Origin: Iphione sp. A-MEVVRFRX5
Lineage: Eukaryota
Assembly (NCBI GenBank): GCA_976226885.1
Contig: OZ320318.1
Location: 68,510,001-68,574,000 of the forward strand
Reading direction: 5' to 3'
Length of the DNA stretch: 64,000 nucleotides
Shown: piece by piece, positions 26,030 to 37,689 of the stretch
How positions within the stretch are numbered: position 1 is the first letter of the stretch
Layout: each line of letters starts with the position of its first letter
Program-made: the position numbers and the translations under genes
Notes under the pieces: model-generated
Database searches by the model: none
What the model was told of the DNA's origin: nothing
The model's input: the letters and a program-made list of their open reading frames with translations, nothing else

Positions 26030-26340
26030 GGCCCCTGCAGGTTATTGCGCGCGCGAGCGACCGTCAATAGGGAGACTGATATGTTTAGCTGTCTATTAAC
26101 AGCCGGCGATCGCCGATCGACGGTGAATGGTCGGCCCCCGGCGGCGCAGGGGAGCGACGAACGGGCGTGGATGCCCGACCGCGCCGCTTCTAATGGCCGA
26201 CAAATTAACAAATTGTCTAATTAGACTTGCAGTCACAGGCTGCACAGTAGCGTCTCTGCCGAAAGTGCTTGCTCGGTCACCAGACGGCGGTGCTGTCGAC
26301 GAGCATTCGCTTACACTGCGAGCGGCCAATTGGAAGTGTT
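26030..26340. promoter_or_regulatory. CpG-rich enhancer-like island with homeodomain-type sites
   Basis: CpG-dense stretch containing CAAATTAACAAATT and the perfect palindrome GTCTAATTAGAC (26215-26226). No coherent ORF. Confidence 0.35.
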
Positions 26341-29300
26341 AAGCCGGAAAAATGAAAAGAGATCGGAATCGGAAATGTAATCAGAAATGCCTAGGTATGA
26401 ATGGCCTTGCTTGGATGCACTTCCGTGCATTGTACGCAGTGTTTATGTCATGCTTATTTCAACGTCTGTTATGGGGACATTTCCAAACACGACGAAGTCT
26501 CTTCTCTCTAAAAAATCGAAAATTCAATGCGTAGCGTTGACTTCAAAATATTTCGCCCGATGTCCTGCCTAATGTGCGGACAAGAAAGTAACAGGAAAAT
26601 GCTATGCTTGTCTTAGGAGATCACTTTGCAAGTTAAGCCCGAAGCATCCGATAAAAAATGCCCCAAAGAATATGCACACGGGAAATCGACTGCCAGGAGA
26701 AAATGGTAAAGGGGCTTCACACACCGAACCAAATACATTATGCATACAGATAATGATCGCGCATCTTCAATATTTTGGGATAGGTAGATTTCTTGTGTCG
26801 GAGGCTGTTAAAGGGATGCCAAGGGAAAGGTAGTTTGAAAGCAGGGACATAGCACTTAAACGGAAAAGGGCAGGGTCTGGACAAACACAAGCTGGGGGAA
26901 TAAATAAATTAGGAATAGAGTCCCTACAAGATAATCCGCCGTTCTTGTTTAATAGAAGTTGAATAGCCTCTGCGGAATCTAGAGCGTTGTGAAGGACGAG
27001 TTCAAGCACAACTTTTGACAGAGAAGCAATGTCTCCCTAGAAGTTTGTACTCCGACACTCTTACAATGGTTTAGCAAAACGTGATTCTTGCTCTTTAAGT
27101 AGAGATAAGATACAACACAAACCCCATGTACGGATTGGAGGATAACGTTCAGACAGCTTATTGTGTTCAGACAATGAGTTTTTTTATGTGGTTGAAAATG
27201 TTCATAATATTAAAGCGGCTTTGTTTCATGATAGAACCAATAATGAGTTCATATGACCGTACCACGGGGCATTTTCGAGGCCAGACAGATGGATGATACT
27301 GCTCCAAACAGCTCGTAGAATGCAGCCTCGAGCAACTTGATGGGCTCGGGGTATTGCTCGCAGTTTGTATTGGTGGGGGCCACCATGTCTGGACCAGTCG
27401 TGGTTTGAGGCGCGAAGCTGCTGACAACGATGGCAATGGCGGACGCCCACCATTGCTACCGCTACTCGAGGCGTCCCGGACAGATGAATGGGCTCCGGCA
27501 TTGTGTTGTAATGAGTAGCTCGCTGGATGCTCAAATAGTCTGAGCTGCTCGTAAACATGGCGTGGCATGCAGAACAAGCACAAGGTGCGCGGCTTGATGG
27601 TGTCTCAGGTGCCGGCCGGCTGCCCGCACATCCCACTGGTGTATTCTAGCCAACGCTGTTGTACAGCCATTTCAAGAATCCTTAGGTGATTTTGTAGGCC
27701 TGTCTCGAGTATAAAGAGGTCCTGCGCTAAAAATCCGAACTTCCCGCACAAATTTACTTCTCGGCAATGTCTTCTATTCGTCCGAACATTCTTTCGTACA
27801 TCCCAGAGAAACCTTATGGATATTTTAAAAATCAGCTCTATTTCATGTATCTACGTTTGTTGACCAGTACTGGTCCTACAGGAAAAGTGCCAGCATATAT
27901 GAGCGCAAACTATTACAGGCTTTCGAAAGACAAATATTTTTAAAAAATCCGGTGTTTTTTAGGCCTTAAGTTCTCTATGTGAAAGTATTTTGATTGCATT
28001 CAAGTTGTTTTGCGGCTGCACTTACTGCTGGGCCTACTGACTGCCTATTTACAAATCATTCATAACGTATCACAGTTGAACGACCCGTGCCATCTGGCAC
28101 CACTCAGGGTAGCTGAGTATGCCAGACCACAGCAATCGATAAGAGCTGGTTGAGGTACGCCAACTGGACGTATACAAGTAGTGACACCCTCTCGTAACAT
28201 AATACGTGTGTATATACATGCACAATACGTTTTTACTATTGCATATCTAGTTTCGTCAGCATTGTGTCACATCCTGTTTGTTGGGGCGAGAAGCAAACAG
28301 TTGGAGGATAGTATCACAACAGCTCCTCTTGTAAGCAACAATGCGCCGTCGGAAAATATTTTCATACAGAATGGATAATTCTCTCTGCCCGAAATAATGT
28401 CAATAGGCGCAGGCGATACGCTGACGGGAGCGTCAGGAAGGGAGATCAAAGAGTGGAGAATGAAGAGCAGAGGACAAAGTAATACATTATCTTTGCGATA
28501 GTCTAAACAATGACAGTCAGGACCTAGCTTATCTGAGCAGATATCTCGTCCTTGTCCAAGTTGGGAAAGGAAACAACGAACGGTGCGCGACACTGTCCGC
28601 CAGAGAGTGTTGACAGGGAGATGTCGGATCGACCTTCCATTTAGGGTATTTGCATACTGTCTGGACGGACGCAAATACATGCATGCCATGAATATTCGGC
28701 AGTCTGTTTGATATGGTCGTTATTGAGTGCACGTTTCTATTGTGTCTGCACTCGAGATAATACATTATTGACTTCCACCAAATTAACGGTATGCTGACTG
28801 GACGTTTCCAGACGTCACAGAGAATACCTCTATCCATTCTTTTTCATTCACGTGTTGATGTCTTTTCTTCTGCACCTCCGTCTTAAATCTCGTGAATGCT
28901 GACAGACGCATTATTTTACGCTATATATACACTTCTTCACATTGTTCGGGTCACTTCTCTGCAAGAAGCCAGGGATATGCCAGGTTGCATTTTAGTTACG
29001 CATTTACAATTATACATGCCGTTATTACTTTGCAACCGCCAGCTTCACATTAGACTTGCTTCAGGTGCCAAATTTATGAGGCGAACTTCTTGAATTAGAC
29101 CTGAAATTCAATCGCATAATCAAACAAAACAGTACCTTTTTTGTGGCTCTAGCGTAAGTTTAGTTGAAGAAAACATACAGCATGACAGTGTAAGCATCTA
29201 TGTTTGATCTACTTGTGTGTATCTATGTTTTTGTCTCTTTAAGATCTTCCTTACAGCCAAGTTTACACCTGTAGTAAAACGCAAATGTCACCTCTTCGGC

Positions 29301-31344
29301 TCCAAAGCATCCTCCTTGATTTTTCTCTTAAGTCGATATAAATCTTCCTATGCTGCCGCAATGTACAGACCCGCATCGAAGGAGATTCTATTATATTCTA
29401 AGAATGTCTTCCATTCGTTAAGCTGTTGACATCCCATCGGTCCTGAACATCAGGTTGATCGTAATATTTTGTCGTACAGTAAATTTCCATTATTTGGTGT
29501 GGATCTTTATGTTAAAAACGTAAGTAGGAGAAGAATTAACATGAGAAAAAAATTCCTGTCAACTTATCTTAATGACCAACCCATGAACAATGAGGAAAAG
29601 AACTAAAGATGGCAGGGATGAAGAATGTGATGATTTGTACAGAAGGCACACTATCCAGCAGAACCAACGCGTGAGAAAATGAGCGATTGCCACCAAGACT
29701 CTAACATCCATTTCACAATAATGAGAAATAGCGCAATACAGCGTCGGAGCATTATTGAAATTTCGAAATGCAATTTTCTTGCTAGATATAATTGTGTCTG
29801 TCCGTTTGCCGAGATATCGAAAGCATGAATTGAAGGAAAATATTCAAGTCTGATTCTAAACGTTATGCCTGGCCGCCGCTTCGCTTCCGAGTCACTGGTA
29901 ATACAGACATTCCCATGCATGAAATGGAAATCGTTGGTCACATATAACGATCATCCGTCCCCCTCGAAAGAGACGGTTTCCAATAATTCTAATAACATGC
30001 AAATTGTATGGAAAGTATACCGGCATATCGTACTGCCATATGTTTATCCCAATACTTCAGGTATTACCACTATCTTGAAAACACTGAACAAAGCCGTTTC
30101 TGAAAAAAGGATCTACTAGGCGGCTTTGTAGCTGCAGCAGCGAAGGCCCTTCCTCCTGGGAGTTCAGTCTCTTTGACTTTCGTCAAATGTAAACACAATT
30201 ACAGTTGCGGAGTGAAGGGACCCACAAGAACCCCCTCACACTTGGGGAGCAACTCACACCTCTGGAGAAGTCTTTAAAGTTAAAGTGGATTCGGCACCTA
30301 GCTGCTTATTCAGAGATCACAAAGAAACGTCTGCAGTATTCGTTTCACACGCCGCTGGAGGGAAGCTGGTGGGGTCACGTATCGATCGGGGCGCCAAGGC
30401 GCACAAGGCGTTGTCGAAGCTCGACAGAGCACGCCCAAACTTCATGTTTATGTATGGAGCAGGGCTGCAGTCCCCCGGTGTGTGGGAGATGGGCTAGAGT
30501 TGTTGGGAACACTGGCTTGACTAGGGCGCGTTAGCTCCCGTTGAGGTTGCCAACCACGGCCTTCGGGAAGCCCTTGAAAACCTGGAGAATGATACAGATA
30601 GGATGAGGAGGGGAAGGGGGAAGGAGGGCACGGCAGCAAATCGCAAGACCTCTACTCGGCCGGGCAGGACGGCCGACGTTCCATCCGTCATATGTGAATA
30701 ACCAACGCCCACACCTCCATCTGGCGGAATCCAAACAGCTCTCGGTCTAAGTGTGTCCCCGCCTGGGCGAATTCTCCTTGGCATTCTTGCCTATGTGGTC
30801 GGGTCATTACGTATTTGCATGCATGCACAAGGTTATGCATGCTTGCAGAGGTAACGTGGGCCATGCAGGTTCATGTCTTCTGTCTCGTCCTGCAGTATGT
30901 GCTGAAGTTTATCAGCGATAAGGGGTGATAAGTACAATTACAATGATGCCAAAAAGCTCAATCAAAATATCCCTATATTCAGGACTTTTATTCGAAATTC
31001 ACATGGTATACGGTAGTGACAGATTGAGTTAATTACACACTAGAGTGCTGAGCATAATTCACCTTTTGAGGTCTCTCAAGCAAACTACAGCCATATTTAA
31101 TGTTGTTACCACTCGTGTCACGTCTTTCCACTCATAAAGAACGGTTAATTGCTTCAATAAGCATTGACAGATGCACAATGTCAGACCGGAGTTGAACCAC
31201 AGCACACTTGAGCACTTGCTCTGCTGCTGATTGAGCATTCTTTTGAACGGAAATTTAAGAATGCTCATTCAAAACAAAAGACATGTGTCGACTCAAGTAA
31301 GAACTGAAGTCGTTTCCATCGTGTCTTTGCTGCTTCTCACTTAT

Positions 31345-31425
31345 CCTCCCTCTCTTTCTCTTTCTTTCAATCGCCTCTCTTTTTTTTCTCTCTGTCCTCA
31401 CCCTCTCTCCCTGCCTCCTCTCTAA
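31345..31425. repeat. CT-rich pyrimidine tract
   Basis: Visible (CT/CTT)n low complexity. Confidence 0.75.
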
Positions 31426-33405
31426 CTAAAACATGAAACTTCTTTTATGCAACATCACCTTCATTAAGGCAACGGAAATTCCAGTGATTTATTGCAGAAG
31501 ACTGCGACGTCGCCATAAGAAATATCCATAATATTATTGCTAAGTCCTTTCATTATTCTGCGATTACGCTATGAAATCTTTCATATTGTCCTATAACCGC
31601 AGAGACTCATAACTGTGTTCTACAAATATATTATATACGTCAACATAACATGAAATGTATTTCAAGCACCATTTAGTGATGAATATGAAGTTTTACTCTT
31701 TCGTTATTCGGCAATGCAAACCGAAATTACCTCTTGTGCGAAATTCGAATGGAAACTGGTACTGAACTTTTAGCCTTATTCAACTTCATTACACGTGAGC
31801 TGCACATTCTTGAGCAGCTCGGGCCAGGAGCTGAGTGTTTCATACAGCGCAGTGGACAGTAGCGGTAGCACTAACAGAATGTAACCAGCGATGAGGATGA
31901 TTGGCTGGCTGGACGGTGCCCTGACCTACTCGGCAGGAAGCCGCTGAGCGGAGGCAATCGATCTCCCCTCATGGGATTTCGGTTCTCCCTGCAGCAATCG
32001 TGCGATGCCTTGAATACCTAGCAGCGCCAACTCCCACCTGTCATCATTAGATGGCCTTATGGCCGAGGGCCTTTGTAATAGAACCTATATATCTGTCTGA
32101 CTACCTACCAATCCTACCAGCCATTGTCTGGGCTCAGCTCTACATGATCCCGGCTCCTACGTTTACAGCCTGTAATGTGCTGTTCCAGCAGACTGTCAGA
32201 TGCTCACCTGGCTTGCTTTCCTGCACCTAACCGGAAAAAGGGATATTTTCAATGCTTGTATTTGCAGCGTGCAACCTACTGAGCCCTCGAGTGCTGATTT
32301 TGCAGCACAAATATATTTGTCCTTTGCTGCACATAGTTTCCCAGCTGCAGCGTCTGGAAGACTTGGGATACAAATGCATCTCGTATATCTCATATTATAT
32401 ATATTACCCATGCACTCACGTCCAAGGCACGTACATGCTAAACTTCTGAACGCAAGTTGGTTTAGTGATACGCGGCTCCAGTTCAACTTAAATTCGATAT
32501 CGGGCCTATTCATGAAAGAAACCGTCATGCTTTTATGGTCTGGTAAAATAATACAACTAAGATCAAATCTCTTTAAACTGAAATTCATTACAGTAATGGC
32601 CATCTCAGCTACAGGTCCTCAGATCTAACTTGAGACAGACATGAAACCGCCCACATGTACAAGTGCACACATTGAAAACATCAAACTCAGTCCTCGTTGT
32701 AGAATGTAGCACCCAGGTTCCCCCAAGAGAATCGATTTCAAAGTTTGAGACCCCTTGTACCTAATGTGCCATTTTCTCGAAATTAAGTTTCACGCTATAA
32801 AACCTTAATACGCTTAATTTAGGGAAGACTTTGAACACAAGCAGCAAAGGTATTTCCTTCAGGAAAGGGCCGGTCGTTAAATGACAAAATGATAGGTATT
32901 TGTCAGTTTAATGGAATAATTCTCTGTGAGGTGAGGCATAAATGTGACAACAGAGCCAATGTCGTCCTAAAGATGTCATAACTCAATTGTTCATATGTAT
33001 TTTTTGCTCAATAAACCTGTGACTCTAAACGCCTGGATGTTTAGCGTTTTAGTCTAAATTTCAGACAAAGCGAATACAAAACAAATTGTCAAGACTCATC
33101 AAGGTTTGCACGCTTCTTCAGAAATGGAAGACTGCGTTTACATCGACAAGGCAACTTGTCAATGTCCTATTTCTAGAGCGAACAACATGAAAGGGCGGAT
33201 TGTGGCGCGTACCAGTGGTAACCATGAAAGCAGCCATTGTCCCCCCCCCCTCCCACACACACCCTGACATGTACAATGCCATATATTTATATATTCCGTC
33301 GATTTCGAAGATAAATTGTATTAATTTAATTACAAATAAATTATCACAAGAATTAGACATTTCCGCCATCGACCATCTAATTGTTAGTTGCACTGCAGAC
33401 ATTAA

Positions 33406-33678
33406 GGGTTGGGAGTCATCTCAGTTGGTAGAGCACTAGTCCACTGACTGAGAGGTGACAGGCTCAATCCCAGGCCTGGGACTCTTGATAATGAACAGAC
33501 AGATTTACTGCAGCCCCAACACAGAGTGGTCCACAACTCATAAAATGGCTGTGGGCATATAGGTTTCTGTCCCCTGTTTACAAAAAGACCCCAGAAACTT
33601 ACTCGAAGTAAGAGTAGAGGGGCATCCCTGTTATTCTGGTCTCTCAATTCTCAATAATAGATGGTAGTATGCTGTACC
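33406..33678 (+). mobile_element. tRNA-derived SINE, copy 1
   Basis: Head CTCAGTTGGTAGAGC (A box) ... GGCTCAATCCC (B box). The body (CAGAGTGGTCCACAACTCATAAAA.GGCTGTGG...TATTCTGGTCTCTCAATTCTCAATAATAGATGGTAGTATGCT) is shared with the 40.3 and 44.5 kb copies. Confidence 0.8.
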
Positions 33679-34449
33679 GTACATATTTACAAATCTGGAC
33701 GTAAAGTTATTCTCCAAACCCTTACTTTAGACAGTTGCATTCTCTTGCCTTTATGTAAAACTACTTGCAGAGCAGACATAGGATCTGGGTGACTGTTGGA
33801 GACAGGGATTGTATTAGAGGGGTGATGGATAAGAATTCGTTATTCGTCTCAGCAGGACAATAAACCATGTTTTATGTACTTGTTTCATTTTAAGAGTTCA
33901 TGGTTATAAGGAAACAAGAAAGGAAAATGACATTTGATACGTGCAGGAGTCAGAAAGGGTTCTTTACTAATCTAAAAATCGACTGCACGTTATGTCCTCA
34001 AAGAGGCTGGTATATGGTGCAACATAATTATAATAGTGAATACTAACAACGTAGTACGTGCAATGTTGGACTGTCGTTCTTACGGGCTTGCCTTTAAATT
34101 CCGTCGTAAAGAACCTTTATAATTCGTCATTTACGACGTTGTTTTTTTTTCTGAGTTGTTTTTCCCCTTTCCTGATTTCATTTTTTAGTTATTGTCTCGC
34201 GCGCCTTTCGCGTCGAACACGCCATTTAGAAGAGAACGCCATTGTTTTTTCTTTCTCTCTGGCTATATATTATTCAGTACGCGTTATGAGCATGCTGTAG
34301 CAACCAGCGCGATGACCTGGCCAGAAGAAGATGTTTTATTTGACAAATAAGTCATAACGGAAAGAAGTCCATTGTATGTGATATTCAAGGAACTTATATT
34401 AAGAAACCATCCATCTTCATACCCATTCTCTATAGATTTGCTCCCTCTG

Positions 34450-34593
34450 TTATTTCTATCTTAACGTCTGCCTCAAGACCGACGGACACCAAATTTATAA
34501 CTTTATTTTTATTTCTACCCGTTGCATGCCTTAGACGTTTAAGACCGACGGACACCAAGAGTATAATTTCTTTTTATTTCTATCCGTTGCATG
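34450..34593. repeat. Tandem duplication with a period of about 66 bp
   Basis: AAGACCGACGGACACCAA at 34475 and 34541, each followed by TATTTCTA.CCGTTGCATG. Confidence 0.85.
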
Positions 34594-36258
34594 TTTGTAA
34601 TCGCATAACAGCTATAAAACATGTCTTGGGTTAGATTAATGTGATAACAGTTAATAACATCCCTGGAATCAATAACGCCGTGATATGTTCTCTCCGTTGT
34701 ACAGTCGCGTTATTTTTAGCTGTAGACAGCACTACACGTTATTCAGTGTTGTACTTTGCGCTCTTCTTCAATTTTTCTATTCAAAAGTGTTTTTGATCCA
34801 TTTTACAGTAGGATTCCTAGTTAATGAAAAAATACAGTTTATCAATTTCAAATAATGCCTGCTTAATTGTATGGGATATTTCGGGAACAAATTGGGATAT
34901 CCTCCGTTTAAATCGTATTACTGTACGAAAACAGACACCCACTTGTTTTATGAGTGACTCAATGAATAATAGACTCCACAGGAGCTCACTAAGAGCATTT
35001 TATTGATTTACTATGACGTGTGATGTTAGGTGGCAGCGACGTCGAGTCAACTATTGGCCTTTGAAGTCACCTAGTGAGCACTGGGTATTCATAAGAACAG
35101 ACATCTAAATGTAACAAGATAAATCAGAACTCGAACTTTTGGAGCATGACAGTTAGGAACCAGCGAGCGTGGAGTACCTTGTATCAATATGTCAGATTTA
35201 AGGATGCACAAATGTACCCGACCCATAAATAATGTATTTAACTAAGGAAATATTAATACGTCCTTCCAGAATTACAATATGGTCATGTACGCTCAATAAC
35301 TGTTACTGTGCGTGTATATGATATTTATATCAAATTGCTGTACACTGGGTGGAAACTGGGGCCTCATCTGATATCTGTAAAGTCCATGTACCGATATCAA
35401 GGTAATGAATCGATTTATTTCAATCAAATTCGCTTGCTATCGGTGTACATATGGAATGGAAAGGCAATCTACATGTTAGAGCTCAAAGCAGTTTGAGAAA
35501 CGCACTGTGGCTGTAGCATCCACTGTCGGTGCATGGCCATTAGAATTGATTTTAGCCTGTCAGACCATGCACGGAAAAACCACAAGCCGGCAGCCTCGTA
35601 CTTCACAGTATTCCTTGCCAGCGTAGGTTTGCCTGACATTTCAGATCACATAATCTTTTTTAATCTTCAGATACAAAATGTGTATGTATCCATGCATGTA
35701 CATGTATATGGGTCATGCGTTCTTACAGTCATGTATTTCACTGTTTGCGTGTGTATTTAATGTTAACACCAAGGAATATTCCTTGGCGCAAAAAAGGCCG
35801 ACCTAGAGAAAACGAAGGTTTTATAGTTGATGCTACCGAATTCACTATTTCATTTCTTCAGACCTGTTGCTCATATTTTATACGTGCATTCGGAAATAGC
35901 GAACCCTTCTTGTAAATATTTAATAAGAAGGCCGTAAACGCATCCAAGATGTCAAAATCCGATCTCTTTTTTCTTTTATAATGAAAGCGAAAAAGTGTCT
36001 TCGGCACTAACAACCATCAGCGTCGTTGCCATCATTATTTCATAATTGTTTTAAAGGATCTAAGAGCTATCATTTTTCTTACTTTCCTCCTTAGCAAAGT
36101 GGTTCTAATTGCAGCTTTAGTGGCCCCAAGAGAGAGGCGTGCGATACAATGGAAAACTATTATTATCTAAATCTGAGTGACTGTTGTTTGTTCTTATATG
36201 ACGTCCATCGCTTAGCAAAGCTGACTGTTATATCATTAGCTCTCCTTTTTTGTCGCAG

Positions 36259-36525
36259 GACTTGCCCTATCGCTAAAGAAATACCCGGAGTTGGAGATTC
36301 GTCCTCCCGACCTCATCAAGCAAGGTGACAATGTAACCATCACATGCTCGGTGAAAAAGCGGAGGAATTTTGACTTCATGCGCATCATCCGCATGATCGG
36401 GAACAAGAGATACGAAATCATCACCAACGAAATCGTCAGGCCTGAGGCCCTAGAAACAGGCCGATATCGCAACATTAAGTTCTTCACTGAGAATGGAATC
36501 ACCCGGACCGTGCTACAGATCGACA
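36259..36525 (+). CDS. Internal coding exon of an immunoglobulin-superfamily protein (most of one V/I-set-like Ig domain)
   Basis: Acceptor TCTCCTTTTTTGTCGCAG| and donor |GTAAGT; 267 bp, phase 1/phase 1, no stops. Translation (G)LALSLKKYPELEIRPPDLIKQGDNVTITCSVKKRRNFDFMRIIRMIGNKRYEIITNEIVRPEALETGRYRNIKFFTENGITRTVLQID shows the Ig B-strand G..VTITC, the D-strand GRY and the E-strand L.I. Confidence 0.85.
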
Positions 36526-37675
36526 GTAAGTACAATTAAGTTATTTTACCAACTCAGACGAAGTTTTATAAATCACACAGACAATTTTAGGAATTGCAAA
36601 GGTATATAAGAAGATTAGGAGAGGGTTGCCAATGCACAATTAATTTCGCGGCCACCGTGGGAATCATGAAGACGATGTCATGGATCAACAAAGTCCTTTA
36701 TGCACATTTATAATATATGTTTTTACCAAGACGACGTTGCAAGGTCTGGTTGAAATGGAATGCGAAGGCGAAGCGAACTTTTTTAAAGAATTTATGCATT
36801 TAAGACCATTTTTGAATACGATATTCAACACTCTGACTGAATTTGGTACATGTACATTCTATTTAGAAAGATCAGCTACATTTAGTTTTATATACTACTA
36901 ACAAAACGTAAAATACAAAAATTGGACCATGCTAGTGAATCAGTGCCTATCATTTCTGTTTGACTAGACCAGTAAATGAAGTATTCTCACGGTAAACTGA
37001 TAAAGCTGCAAAAGAATATAAGTAAACTAATATAGTAATACATGTAGGAAAACTCAAAGAAGATAAACCCGTTTATTATTCTTCAGCTAGTAAATATCGA
37101 TCTGCGTACTGGCAGAGTGGCTCGAGTGTTGAAGTTCATGTCCCTTTAAAATGCATAATCTATCGTGTGGGTCGAAAGAGAACAGTATAGACTGTGTCTG
37201 CCACTGCGCTCGCGGAGACCACGTCAAACCAGTATCTATTCAGGAGATACGAGGAAGCTGCATTATTCATCTGATCATCGGACTCGAATAAAACTTAACA
37301 ATTGGTGTTCCCCACGGAATGAAGTCAACGGTACTATATCAGGTCCGGTCCCTTTGCTCTCGTAAAACGTAGCCAGCGGTTTCGACCTTCCTGAATGCCA
37401 TATATATGTATAGGTTCGGCCTCGTTTACAACTAAATTCATCTGCAATATAGCACTATAAAGTCGCTTACAATGACTGTTAGGCATTGGTCTCCGACAGC
37501 CGTGCATTGATAGAGATAATTGTGGAAGAAGGTTTCCGATAAATGGGACCAATCAGCGAGGCATTTGGATAGAGGCGGCTACCACCAACTCACGTCGGGA
37601 CATTCGGATTAAAAGGGTAAACAGCAAAAGTCTACACGTTATATCGGGATCGATCCCGTTACAAATATTCCACGG

Positions 37676-37689
37676 GTTTCCGTGGCAAC
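37676..37689. promoter_or_regulatory. RFX X-box-like motif
   Basis: GTTTCCGTGGCAAC, close to the consensus GTTNCCATGGNAAC. Confidence 0.3.

Noticed and set aside
32196-32628. Overlapping 142-aa and 135-aa antisense ORFs
   Set aside because: Neither peptide has recognisable motifs or splice sites. In-register antisense ORFs of this length can arise by chance.
33406-33480. Functional tRNA gene
   Set aside because: The acceptor and anticodon arms do not pair, and the head runs into a dispersed repeat body, so it was called a SINE.
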